Positions 1-12,728 of a stretch of DNA of 64,000 nt are shown here, one piece after another. Numbering within the stretch: the first letter of the stretch is position 1; each line of letters opens with the position of its first letter. Made by a program: the position numbers and the translations under genes. The notes under the pieces were generated by a model that searched no databases, was not told where the DNA came from, and saw nothing but the letters and a program-made list of their open reading frames with translations. This DNA is from the human T2T-CHM13v2.0 reference genome, Homo sapiens, in the NCBI RefSeq assembly GCF_009914755.1, contig NC_060935.1. One strand, given 5' to 3'.

Positions 1-3000
1 TCTGAGCAAACAGCTGAAAAGGCAGGCGGCAAAACAAGAAAAGGGGAGAATGCAAAAGGAGGATGGGCAGATGGGAGAAGGAGGGAAGGTGGACCGAGGG
101 GCAGGAGGAGGCGGGTCAGAGCGAGGGCTCTGGCTTGTCTTCTGTCCTGGAGATGCCTCTGCTACCCACCTCCCTATGGGGTGAGGAAAGCAGTGCCAAG
201 AAAAAGGTTCTCAACTTTGGGCTGGATGGAGAGACTTTTTGGGGAAAATGCCTTGTGGTTTTGTGAGTTCTATGGTATTTTTCTACAGTGAAGGGAAGTT
301 GGAAGTGAGGGTAGGTCTGGGCACTTTGCCTTCCTAGGAGTTAGGAGGCCTGGGTTCCAGACCCAGCAGTCATGGTGTGACCTTGGGCAACACCCCATGT
401 TTGTGAGTACAGTTTCCTTATTGGCAAAATGAGAAAGTTTGACTAGACCACGTCAGGGGGATCCTTTTAGCTCTAACATTCTATAGTTTTTGTTTTGTTT
501 TGTTTTGTGTTTTGCTTTTACCGTAACTGACAAAGACTTGGATACATATTTGACTACTGTTGAGCTGTGCTAACCACCTTTGGAAGCTTATCTTCCGAGA
601 CACATGGACACGGATGGTCATGTGAGCAGGAACCAGCAGAATCAGGATCTTCTTGGATATTGTGAGTGAGGCCAGGCTGGGGCCAAAGACGTAGCTTCCT
701 GCCAACAGTGGTGAAGGTAGTATCACACTGGCTCTGGAACCACAGGTTAGAGTTGGAGGACCTCATATTTATTACTTAGTGTGTATTCTGTGCCTAAAGC
801 TGTGCTAAGTACTTTGCATTTATTCTCTCATTTACTTTTATACCAATGCTTTGAGCTAAGGCTTATTATTATCCTACTCTTATGCCTCAGAGCAATAGAG
901 TAACTTGCCCATGGTCACATAACCTAGATGTCACCCAGACCTGAATGATGCAGGGGGTCCACACTCCTAACCACTGCACCACACATACTTTCAGAACCTT
1001 ATGGTCTCGGGAAAGACATGATGAGCCTGAAGGGTAAGGGATATCGAGCTCCACATCCCAGCTCGCTGAGGGGTTGTGTTCCCTCCGCAGAGCACAGAAC
1101 GGAGTCCCTATATATGAATCCTTTGCCTCTGCGGTGCCAGCCCCTGTGCAGAGGTGCCCTGCCAGCTCATATCAGACAGCAACTCATGAAACCGTGGCCT
1201 TTTGTTTGTTTTGTTTTTCACCTTTTATAGACTAGAGAACAAACTGTGCAGCAGCCATAGTGCCAAGAAGGCAGGCAAGGATGCGTGAACAAGGAACACA
1301 CGGGGATGGAACATGTCGGCTGCAGCTAGGAGGACTTGACCTGAGGCTGGGGGCTGGAGCAGGCCCAGGCCAGGACGCTGGGCCATGGCCTTTGTCTACT
1401 CTCTTAGATGCTAAGCCTCCTCGTAAAATATTCTAGGACCTTGGAAGGCTGAATGACCACCTGTGAGGAATGTTGGAATAAATGGGAACTCTTGCTGTAG
1501 GTGGAAAGTCAGATCAGGGGCGGTAGGATAACACCCAACTCCAAGTTGCTGCACATCCATGTGCATCTATTATGTGCTGATTATGAGCCTGGTGTGGCAG
1601 CAGGCCCAGTCCCGGGGTGCAGAGATAAGTAAGACAGCACATCTAGCCATAAATCGCTTCCTTCAGGAAGGCAGTCAACAAATGCTAGATGCCTACTGTG
1701 TGCAAGGCTTTATTGTAGGTTCAGAGAATAGTGCTGAACAAGACAAGGGTCCCTGCCATCAAGGATTTCATATTCTAAGTAGGGAGGAGTAGAATGAATA
1801 AACAAGGAAGCAACCATGGAAATAAGAAAATGTTAGGTCCTGACGAATGCTGGGAAGAAGGTAAAGCAGGCTCTGGTGGGAGAGTGTCTGGGCTGGGTGT
1901 TGGGGAGGGCTCTCTAAGGATGGGATATTTGTACTGAACCTGATGGTTGAGAAAGTGACAGCCATGGGTAGATGGGAGGGAGAGCATCTCAAGCAGAAGG
2001 AAAAGCAAAAGCCAAGTCTCTGGGGTGGACCTGAGCCAGTGTGCATGGGGAATGAGTAGACAAGACGGAGGATGAAGAGAAAGGAGGTCAGGGAGGCAGA
2101 GAGTGTCTTAGGAGGCCACACAAAGGCATTTGGGTCTTACCTGTCTTGGATAAGCCATGAGGACTATAACGGGGAGAGTGAGGAGAGCTGAGTGTGCTTT
2201 AGAAAGACCACTCTGGCTGCTGAGGGAGTAAAGGGGGCTGGTGGAGGCTTTGTTGGCTTAGTCTTGGCCATGGCAGTGGAGATGGAGCAGAGTTGTGGGA
2301 GTCAGGTTGTTGAGGACTTCTTGATGGATTGAATGTAGTTGAGGAAAGGAAGGAACCAAGACTGATTTCTAGATTTTTGGCACCTGAATGGAGAGTTTTA
2401 CTTAGATGGAGGAGACTTGGCAGAAGGTGGTGTAGGATCTGAGGGGAGAAATTAAGAGATCTGTTTTGAATACGCCAAGCTCAGGATGCCTTTGAGACAC
2501 TGAAGTAGAGGTGTTGAGTAGACAGTTGAATACAGATGTCTGGGTGTCTGAAAAGAGGTTCAGTTGGAGATGGGGATGTGAGAGACCTGCATGTGTAAGA
2601 AGGTCCTTAAAGCAATGGGGAAAGATCACATAGGGAGAGAGAAAGGATGCAGAAAGGGAGAGTGAAGGGGATGCTCCAGTATTTTTAGGAAATGCCAACA
2701 GAGGAGGCTGAGAAGGAGTGCTTGCGAAATACGGGAAAAACCAGAGGAGCGAAGTATCAGGGCCTGGAGGAGAAAGTTTTTTGAGATCAGCAATTGACCT
2801 GCTGTGCCAAATGCTGCTGGGAAGTCAAAATGAGGACAAAGAATTGACCATTTACTTTGGCAAGATATGGTCCTTAGTAATCTTGGTAATTAGTCATCAG
2901 TGGAGCGGTGGGTAATAAAGCCTGATTGGGGCAGGTTGAGGAGAGAATGGAAGATGGGAAAGGAGAGACAGTGAATACAGATGACTCCTTTGAATAGATT

Positions 3001-4248
3001 TACTGTGAAGAGGAACTCCTAAAGAGGTGGAAAATGGAGGAGGGACTTGGGTCAAGGGAGAGTTTATTTAAAGGAGGATGATATGGAGGTATGTTTATAT
3101 GCCAGGGGAAGTGATCCAGTTAAAGAGGGAGAAAAGTCCTTGAAATGGCACGGGAGAATGGGTTCAGAGCCCAGTGAAGGTATTGACCTTGGATGGGAGC
3201 CAGGACTCTTTTTCTATGGTAATTGCAGGATGGCATGGCCTGAGTATTTTAGTTCTGAGACAGACACAATAAAGGGCTTGTTGATGGGAAGATGGGGTAG
3301 TTCTCATCTTATAGAAATCTGTTTTCTGTATGAAATATACTGCAAGGTCATCAACTGAGAGTGGGGTGGGGAGGGAGTGTTGGAGACCTGGGGAGAGAAG
3401 GAAGTATGAGGTTTCCCCAGAGACTGGGAAATTGAATTTTCTAGGGAAATGTGGTAGTTTTTTCTGACAGTGTTGAGTGAGATTTGTGGTCATGTTTGAA
3501 GTGAGTCTAGTCAGCAAATTTGTATCATTTTTCTCCAGTAAGGTTCAGCTGCTCTGATACAGACCCTGAATAAGTGGGTAGGATACCAGGGCAGGAGTTC
3601 TGCTAGACTAAGACAATGCAAGGAGAGCTGCAAGAAGCCCAGGTGGTCAGCATGGCAGTAGCTGAAGTATTGGATAGTGGAATCAGAGCTGGGCAAAGAG
3701 GGAAGTGAACACATGCAGGGAGTGATGGAAACGGATCATGAAAAAAATGTTTTTAATGAAGTAGGATTGGAGAATTGCTAGAGTAAGTAGGGGTGTCAGA
3801 GTAAGCTAGGGTGGCAATGGTCAGAAAGTGGGAAGTTGGCAATGTACATTTTGTGGGTGATTCAGTTAGTGGTGTGCCAAAATCTAGGAAACGGCCATGT
3901 GAGTGGAGCAAAAGCTCATGGGATGCCAATCACAGTGGGAAGAAAAAACAATAATAATAAAGGCTCATTGAAGCTAGGAAGGACAGCCAGCTAGAGGCCA
4001 GAGTATCAGACAGGTCATCTTCATGGATTTTGGAGTCTCCAATGATGCTGGCAGAAATAATAATGGAGAAAGGGTCAGCAACCCAAATGCTAAAATCATC
4101 CATGAATGAGGGGGAATGTCCAGGAGGTTGGTAGACTGACAGCATTTCATACGTAGGAGGGGGCATGAGGTCTGATGACAGGTGCTTCAAGTAAGTGAGC
4201 TTGGGTTTTTGAAAGAAGAAAGAGAGATGGTTTAGAAGCTGCAGTGGG

Positions 4249-4353
4249 GTGCTCGCTTCAGCAGCAAACAGACCAAAACGGGTGTGACACAGAGAAGATT
4301 AGCTTGGCCCTGCACAAGGATGACACACAAATTCATGAAGCATTCCATATTTT
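4249..4353 (+). pseudogene. Full-length U6 snRNA retropseudogene
   Basis: gtgctcgcttcagcagc...acagagaagattagcttggccctgcacaaggatgacacacaaattcatgaagcattccatatttt aligns end-to-end with U6. The ACAGAGA box is kept, with multiple CpG-decay substitutions. The upstream flank is L2 sequence, not a U6 promoter. Confidence 0.95.
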
Positions 4354-4622
4354 GTACAAAAATAAAATTAGATAGAAGGAATAAGTTCTAGTGTTCAATA
4401 GTACAGTAGGGAAATTATAGTTAACAATAAATTATTGTATATTTCAAAATAGCTAGAAGAGAAGAATTATAGCGTTCCCAACAGAAAGGAAAGATAAATG
4501 TTTGAGGTGATGGATATCCCAATTTTACACTGATTTGATCATTTCACATTGTGTATAGATATCAAAATCTTACATGTACCCCCCAAATATACAGCTATTA
4601 TGTATCAGTGCAATTTTTTTTT
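4354..4622 (+). mobile_element. L1 3'-end fragment (L1MA3-L1MA5-like) fused directly to U6
   Basis: agatagaaggaataagttctagtg...tatatttcaaaatagctagaagag...gaggtgatggatatcccaat...catgtacccc is typical L1MA 3'-UTR sequence. Confidence 0.85.
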
Positions 4623-4631
4623 AAAGAGACT

Positions 4632-4935
4632 AGCTGGGTGTAGTTGCTCATGCCTATAATCACAACACTTTGGGAGGCTGAGGCGGGAGGATCTCTTGAG
4701 CTCAGAAATTTGAGACCAGCCTGGGCAACATGGCAAAACCCCATTTCTACAAAAATACAAAAAAAATTAGCCAGGTGTGGTGGCCCATGCCTATAGTCTC
4801 AGCTACTCAGGAGGCTGAGGTGGGAGGATCACTTGAGTCTAGGAGGTGGAGGCTGCAGTGAGCTGTGATTGCACCACTGCATGCCCACTTGGGCAACAGA
4901 GTGAGACCCTGTCTAAAAAAAAAAAAAAAAAAAAC
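4632..4935 (+). mobile_element. Alu (AluJ-like)
   Basis: Dimeric Alu with gaggatc...ttgag, gaggctgcagtgagctgtgat and gaccctgtct (J-type), plus poly(A). Confidence 0.93.
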
Positions 4936-6570
4936 TGTAGTGGGAAGCAGGGAATACACACCCATCTCCCACTTCTGAAGTATATGAGACATAAGAGACA
5001 AAGCTGTCCCCAACAGAAAGGGCTTCTGAGGAAACAGGTCCTCGTAGGGAAGTCTGGGTTTCCCCTAAAGCAAGAAAGTGAAGGAGCCAGTCAGAGAGAC
5101 CAGGATCCCCAGAGGGCATGGCCAAAGGCAGTGGGAGCAGCCTGGCGCTGAGTGTCTACCCAGCAGTGCATCAGCTAGGACCCTCAGACTCCCGATGATG
5201 GCTCAGGCGAATGGGAAGTCTGATGAGTGTGGTCCTGGAGGGCACAGCAGCCTGGGACTGAGGGCCTCGGGATGGCCGGGTCTTGGCTTGCGACGGAGAT
5301 GTGGTGCCTTCAGTTGAAGACCGAGGGAGGGGCCGACTTGCTGGATTAGTACAATTGATGAGTGAATATCGGGGTGGTGGACACAGCCCATCCTGGAGGT
5401 GTTTGGTTGTTGGCATCCAGTAATGGCAGGTGAGAATCATATCACAGGGAATGTCAAAGTAAAAAAGGCATTTAGATATCCCTCGCCAGCTCTTATTTTT
5501 CAGATGAAGAAACTGAGGCCCAGAGAGGTCACATAACTTGTCCAAGGTCATCAGGTCAATGAGTGGGATTAGAATTTATTCAGAACAGAGGCAGGCATAG
5601 AGTTTGTGGATGCTGCCAGCCTAAGGCTGGGTGGAGGTGCAGGAGGCTGGCGGATGTCCGTTTTCCCAGCCTGGCTGAGCCGGGAGACCACTATGGTCTG
5701 GCTGTACCTATTCTCTCCTCGTGGTCACCATGTTTGCCCCCAACAGGGGCATGTGTCTGGCTTGGCGGGACTATTGGAAACCAGAGAGCTTAGATTCCGT
5801 CCCTGTCATCCCTGTGGCACCTTGGTCAAGTGCCCTGGCTCGTCTGGTTTTCACATCTCCTCTGTGCTTGTGGGCATGCCTGTGTGGCAACATGTAGGTG
5901 CCATGGCCTGTGAACCGCAGTGAGCAAGGTTGTGCCTGGACCTCTCAGAACTGGGCCGTGGTATCTCCTGGAGGGGGCTTCTGTCTGACCGAATGATTGA
6001 ATCATTTACCAAGTATCTACCCTGCACTCAGCCCTGCTTCCATGAAGCTCAAAACCTAGCGGGGAACATCAGACTGGATCTGGAGACTCACAAGCTGATA
6101 AAGGAGACCCGAGAAGTATTTTAATTCACTGGCCTCGCATGTCAGATGAGGAAAATGAGGCTATGGCAGCACCAGAGTGAGAGCTTTACCCCGGCTGTGA
6201 ACTCCCAGTCTGAAGCTGTGGCTGGTATGCCTCACCTTGCCATTCAACTTGCAGTGTCTGTCCCGTGGCCCCAGCATCTGAGGGGCATCTGGTGGGCCCT
6301 GCCAGGCTTCTTCCTATAGAGCACCTCAGAAGTGGAACGCAGGGGAGTCCTGGCCCCGACTCCTAGGCCAACAGCCAGGTACCCAGTCTATGGTGGTATC
6401 TGGGGGCCCCTTTTGCCACCCAGAGTAGGATGCCAGTGAACGTGGCCCCAATGAGCTGGCTCCTGCCTTTCAGCCCTTCTCTCCTTTCAGCCTGTGCAAG
6501 TGTTAAATACAGCATCAAATTAAGCAAAATTAAATACATTTCCATGCAGCATTTTTCTCTTGACTAAATC

Positions 6571-6594
6571 AAACAATGCGGTTGCCATAGCAAC
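6571..6594. promoter_or_regulatory. RFX X-box (GTTGCCATAGCAAC) with adjacent SOX motif (AACAAT)
   Basis: 13/14 match to the palindrome GTTGCCATGGCAAC at 6581-6594; AACAAT at 6572-6577; non-repeat context. Confidence 0.6.
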
Positions 6595-9128
6595 AGCCTC
6601 TTCTGAAAAGGTCACCTGCAAGAAACTGTGTTTTAGGTACAACTCAAGGAGATTATGGGGGATTAACTCATTTTATACATATATATTAAATATATATATT
6701 TTTTCCTTTAAAGGAACTGTTATGAAGAAATAATATCCAACTGAGCTGGAAGATACCCACAGAAAAAATTTTAAGTCCCTGATAAAGGATTTTTTTTCCT
6801 TTTTTTTTTTTTTTTTAACCAGCATGCAGTGGGGTGATATCTGAAATGGCGACTCTGTTTTTACTTGGCTTTAATTAAACCTCAGTCGGGGCTGAGAAAT
6901 GTGGTGAAGCGAGATAATTGCACTATTCCCAGTACAGTTTTTAAACTCCGGCTTTGATATGCACCTCGTGACAGCGTGAACCTGCACCCAGACTCCTGGG
7001 GCTTCTTGAAGCTCAGCTTATAACCACCCCTCTCAACCTGTGTGCATCTGGGGAACAGTGTTGGGGACCTTGAATGGGAAGTGTAGGCTGGGGGAGATGG
7101 GAGCCCTGGTCATCTGCCCAGGGGCAAGGAGAGGCTGCACCTTCCCTAAAAAGTTCATGTCTGGCACTCAGGGGTTCTCCACTGAACTTGAGAATCCAAA
7201 CTGTCAGGGAAGGATGCACACAGCCAGTCTACTCAGAAAGAGAATGGGGAGGTCTTCTCTAGCTTTTCCTGTGAGAGGAACTGGAATATCTCCAGGAAAC
7301 CCTTACTGGGTTTGAGTGAAAGCAGGCAGCCTGGCGTGGGTTCCTTTGTGAGTGTCACAAGCAGGGTGAGGGGCAATGCATGTTACCGTTCAGTGCTCTC
7401 CATCAAGAACCGGTGTGGAGTTCCCCCAAGAAAGAGGCTGTAGTTTCCTACATTCACAGGGCCCTACACAGTTTGTCCAGCTTACCCAGCAATGGCACAG
7501 GCATGGCAGGGCTCTGGTTGTCACGATGCCAGGGTGATGGACATCTGTGGCTGTGGTGTATAAGGAGTATGTCTGCCCGCTTCCCACTCACCCCCTAGTT
7601 CTGCCTGCTTTCCAGGAGGCCAAGAGTCTGAGGGTGTCCAGGTGGAGGTTTCAGATATATGGGGAAACCAGAAACTGGTGACCTGAGTGACCGTCCTGGC
7701 TTCCTGGGCACCAGATGAACAGCTTCTCTGGAACCAAAGGTGGATCACACTCCAAAGACAATCCAGAATTTGCTGGGCAGGGCTGACAGCTCTCGTGTCA
7801 GGGTTTCATGAGGCTCAGCTTTGTCTGGAGCTCAGGCCGCTTGCTAGGGCCATGCCTCCCCTCTGGGCCTGCAAGAGCTCGTGGCCAGCACCAGCTCAGA
7901 GCCACCTCAGGAGGAAAGAGATTGGACTCCTGGAACGTATATGCGTGGTATGGCCGTGTGTAGAGAAGGCCCAGCTAACAAAAATACTCTTAGAAATGTT
8001 CCCTCAATGCCTTCCTGGTGGCTGACCTGCCATCATGTGGAATGTCTTTCCCTTTCTGTCCTCAGATCCCCAGACTCCAGGCTCTTCTCTTAATTTATCC
8101 CAGTGCTAGACAAGGTGGGCTTGTGTGGTGCAGCAAAGAGGGAGGAACTTGCATGATAGGCAGGCCTGGATTTGAATTCTGGCTGCCACTTACCCGTTGA
8201 TTGCCTCTCTTTCCTTATTTATCAAATGGGGATAATAATAGCTACTGTCTTAAATAAGAGGTCCTCACAGGGTTCTTCTGAAGATTGAATGAAATGACCT
8301 GAGAGAATGTAGCCGGATAACACAGGTGCTCAATGGATGTTTGCTGAATACTGTATTTCAGGAACATGACTTTTGTACAAAACAAACCATGTGTTTCCTT
8401 TCCTGTAAAATCCTGCTTGCCAGCCGGGGGACAACCACAGAGCTTAAAGAAGGAACAGCAATTTCTAGCTCTAATCCCCTAATACAATCACTGGAGGTTT
8501 TCTTGAACTCTTAAGAAAAGCAAATCTACCGTTATCCAGGGAAGAATTTTATTTTTAGATCAACTCAGCCCTCTGAACTCACATGAAACCTTAAAAGAAG
8601 ATCCCCAAGTGCCTGGAAAGACCTAGGAAAAAAGACCATCGTTCCAAGTGGAGAGGGCTGACATTCGAGTTACTCAAATCCGGCTTATTTCCCTTTTAGG
8701 ACAAGGTGCAGCTGCTGCTGCCACGCCAGTGCTGTTGTGGTGTCTGTCACTGAGCAGGGCTTTAGCCATGCCGCTTTTCTTCTCTGGGGTGCCACTGCTC
8801 AGCTTGTCAGATAAGATCTCCCAAGTACCTTCAGAAGACACTTGGCAAAGAAAAGCTGTCTGTCAGCTCCAAGCCAGGGAATGTTAGTGCATAAGCTTTG
8901 GAGTCAAACAAAATTGGGTTTGAAACTGACCTCTGCCCATTTTTAGCCGCATGGCCTTGGGCTGGTTACTTCCTACTAAGAATCTTAGTTCCTGGCTGTA
9001 AAATGTGAATATTCTGTTTATCTCAGTGTCATTGACAGGTTTAAATGAGATAATACTCATAAAGTGTTCACCACCAGGACTGGCACGTCCCAGTCTCTCA
9101 ATCTGTGGTGTCATGATTATATCGAGAC

Positions 9129-9301
9129 CAGTGGGTGGCAGGCATCTGAGTCACCTGGAGGGCTTGTAAAATCACAGATTGCTGGGCCCTCCCTCTGGGG
9201 TTTCTGATTCAATAGGTCTGAAACAGAGCCTTGGAATTTGCATTTCGAACACGTTCCCAGGTGATGCTGCTGGTACAGGGACCACACGTTGAAAAGCACT
9301 G
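9129..9301 (+). mobile_element. MER5A (hAT-Charlie MITE)
   Basis: tcacctggagggcttgtaaaatcacagattgctgggccc...ttcccaggtgatgctgctggtacagggaccacacgttgaaaagcactg. Confidence 0.85.
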
Positions 9302-9417
9302 GTCTCTGTCATCCAATGAGGGAAATATTTGACCAAGGTCCATGACATTTGAGCTTTATAGGTATCCGGCTTTGTTTACCAAAGCTTCCAAGTGGGTGTA
9401 GAGGACCAAATTTAGAC

Positions 9418-9940
<523 letters not shown>

Positions 9941-10649
9941 ACAAGATTCTCACAGATAGGGCTTAGTGAAGGCATAACTATTAAACAGGGAAATGAATGG
10001 GTAAGTGGCTGACACCTCAAGAATGGAGGTTGGGGTCAAGACAAACATTGCAGCCACCTGCCCCTTCAGTGTGTTCCCTCTACCTGAGACCTTCTCTGGA
10101 GAATTTAGGAGCCAAGTTGAAGCTTCCTCCTCCTCTCCTGTACTTCAATATCTAGGTATACTGCTCTCTGGAAGAGGCAGAAATAATTGAAATATATGAT
10201 GCGTAGGGTTTGAACATCCAAGTGGAATAAACAGTGATAGACCTCTTAGGGACAGTGGCAGGGTAGAGATGTGCCAGGGCCACAGCCTGTGTGTTTTCAG
10301 GATACAATAAAGTAAAGATGTTTGGAAGGAAGTAGAAATCAGAGAGCAGCGTGATTTGTTCTGGGTTGGAAGATGGAAGAACAGAAGTGTCACTTAAAAA
10401 GAAAACTTTTGACCCAAGACAAGACTAGGGACAATTTGAAAGAGGGGAACTCATTCCTCCTGGTGGTGGGGAGTGGGGAAGAAGGGAATCATGTTTGTGT
10501 CCAGGATAGAAAGGTGCTTGCTAATTCGAGGCATTTCTGAAGGTGGGAAATCAGTCAAGTATTATAATACTATTCAACAGTCACCCTGACAGTGTTTGCT
10601 CTAAAATGCCTCATCTCACACCGGGCCTACTTCGCTTGGGAAAGTGATA

Positions 10650-10885
10650 TAACATGGCAATTAAGATCATTGGTTCTGAGAGTCACTAAGATGTGGCTCA
10701 AAATTAGCTGTGCCACTCACAAGCTATAGGACCTCAGGCAAATGATGTAACCTCTCTAGCCTTGGTCTCTCCATCGGTAGATGGAAATAGTAACTGAACA
10801 CACCTAAAGGGTTGTTTTGAGAATTAATGAGATAGTGGATCTCAAGTGCTTCATGTAATGCCTGGCACATGGCAAGAGCTTTGTA
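10650..10885 (+). mobile_element. MIR
   Basis: ctgtgccactcacaagctataggacctcaggcaaatgatgtaacctctct...gagaattaatgagat, the MIR core. Confidence 0.7.
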
Positions 10886-12356
10886 GCAGCCATCCTCTCT
10901 TATTACGGTGCATACACCACTGACTTCCCTCCTAGTCTCTGCGGCAAGTACTCCCATGGGCTGTCCCACTAGGGCAGTAGGAGGGCTCTGCCTCTGGGAG
11001 CCCTTCCCTGAGAGTATGAGAGTGTCTTATCCTGGACCCTTTGCCAAGGCAGAGGTGACCTCTCAGCCCGCTGCTCCTCAAGGGTGCGCCTTTACTCCAC
11101 AACAACAACCAGGATAGATTGTGGTGCGTGTTAGCGCCAAGACACAAGAAATAGCATCGCCAGAGAACCAACTTAAGCCTGGCCTGATTTAGTACAGAGA
11201 AAATGACAGCTGCTGTGCTCGGCTGGCTTCCACCCAGCAGAAGGCTATTTTTTGCAAATAAAATGGTAAGTTGCTAATCAGAAAGATAAATTAAGAAGCA
11301 TTAAGATAATGATGGTCTAATCACCGTCCACACAGAGAATTGCTAGAGTGAGTATCCAGGCTACCGAGTGCTTGAGCGCATTTGGTGATTATTTGTATTA
11401 TGAAGGGAATGATGAATTCCAGGCCTGGAATCAATTTAGCTTAGGAAACCCACAAGACCAGCCTCCTCAGAGAAAGGACACTAGGGACTTCTGGAGGTCA
11501 TTGGGCCCCCCTGCTGTCCTCCACCCCCAGCTCTGAGCAGCCTTTCCCAAACCATTCTTGATTTCTGGCTGTTTCCCTACTGAGGTTCCCTGGCTTCTAT
11601 GGGGGCACCTCTTGGTCCACCTTGTTGGATACCTAATAAGCTTCTGCTTGCTTGGGGACTGATTGAGTGGGAGGCTTTGTTCTACCTTGAGAGCAGCAGA
11701 AAGAGCCCCATCTGGGAGCAAGTTGCCACATAGCAGAGAAGGGGATCCGGGCTTCCCTGGCCCTTTCTGTGGGCCACTGGGCAGAAATGCTGTCCCATAG
11801 CATTGTGGCGCCTAAAGCAATCAAGCCATGGAGACTTGCTCTTCTTATCCTTTAGCTGAGAACTCAAGGCTAGGGGGGTGATTTGTCCAATATCACAGAG
11901 ACAGAGCCTGAACCAGGACTCAGGCTGGTGCTCCTACACACAGTCTGCTGCTTTGAAAAGGGCTCTGGTGCTAAACTGAGAAGGAACGTTGGGAAAACAC
12001 ACCCCAGATTCCCAGTTCTCTGCTGAAGCTTCATTGAGAATAAGGATATTGAAGGGTATTAGACATGAAATAGAATAAACAGAGAAGGCACAGTTCATAG
12101 AGTCTTGACAGTTAGGTTAAAGAGTTTAGATCTGATCTAATATCGGGCTATACATCATTTAACTTCTCTTAAGCTTCAGGGTAGCCTCAGCTGTATCTTC
12201 ATCTGTAAAATGGGGATCATAAATGGCCTAACCTCTAGATTTGCTATGAGGCTTAACTGAAAGCTGCATTTAAAATGCTGAGCTTCCTATCATTCCTATT
12301 ACTGTGAGTAAATTCAGTAACAACAGTAGTAGAGGTGACTGCAGCTAGATTCTATG

Positions 12357-12728
12357 CAGTGGTGTGCTGGAGCCAGCTGGTGCCAGCTTGCAAGAGCTGA
12401 TTGTTAAATTTTCAGAAATTTTGCAAGCCAATGGTTAAACACAGCCATTATTAACATTAAATTACACAAATTTGCATTAAATAAATTCTATTAAAAACAC
12501 AGGTAATAAATACTCCAAGCTCACGGCTTCCTAAGCACTTCACTACCATCCATGCCCTTGAGGCTCTTTCCATCACCTCTGTAGGGTGGAAATCCTGGGT
12601 GATGGTGTGCTGCTTTGCATCTCTTCCCCCTTCACATTCAGCAACTTCACATTGGTAGCTTGAAACTGGCCATGGTGGGAATATTATTCCAGAAAGCCAG
12701 CTGTTAAATATTTACCAGCATGCTACTG
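12357..12728 (+). mobile_element. MER63-type hAT-Blackjack MITE
   Basis: TIRs cagtggtgtgctgg ... ccagcatgctactg; internal gattgttaaattttcagaaattttgcaagcc. Confidence 0.8.

Larger units (their letters stand above)
1670..5090 (-). mobile_element. Near-full-length LINE2 (L2) remnant, interrupted at 4249-4935
   Basis: L2 3' tail in reverse complement near 1670-1710. Minus-strand peptides resemble L2 ORF2: LSVDDLAVYFIQK (ORF 3164-3517), VYQPPGHSPSFMDDFSIW...IIGDSKIH (3930-4190; APE YRPP and GDFNIH motifs), LHFLALGET (4913-5125; APE LALTETW motif). Boundaries approximate. Confidence 0.8.

Noticed and set aside
4249-4353. Functional U6 gene
   Set aside because: Many substitutions, no upstream PSE/TATA promoter, and fusion to L1 point to a retrocopy.
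8680-8720. Possible cryptic acceptors (cccttttag at ~8699; also ctttctctttctcag at ~13781)
   Set aside because: No convincing partner donor; such sites are common in long introns.
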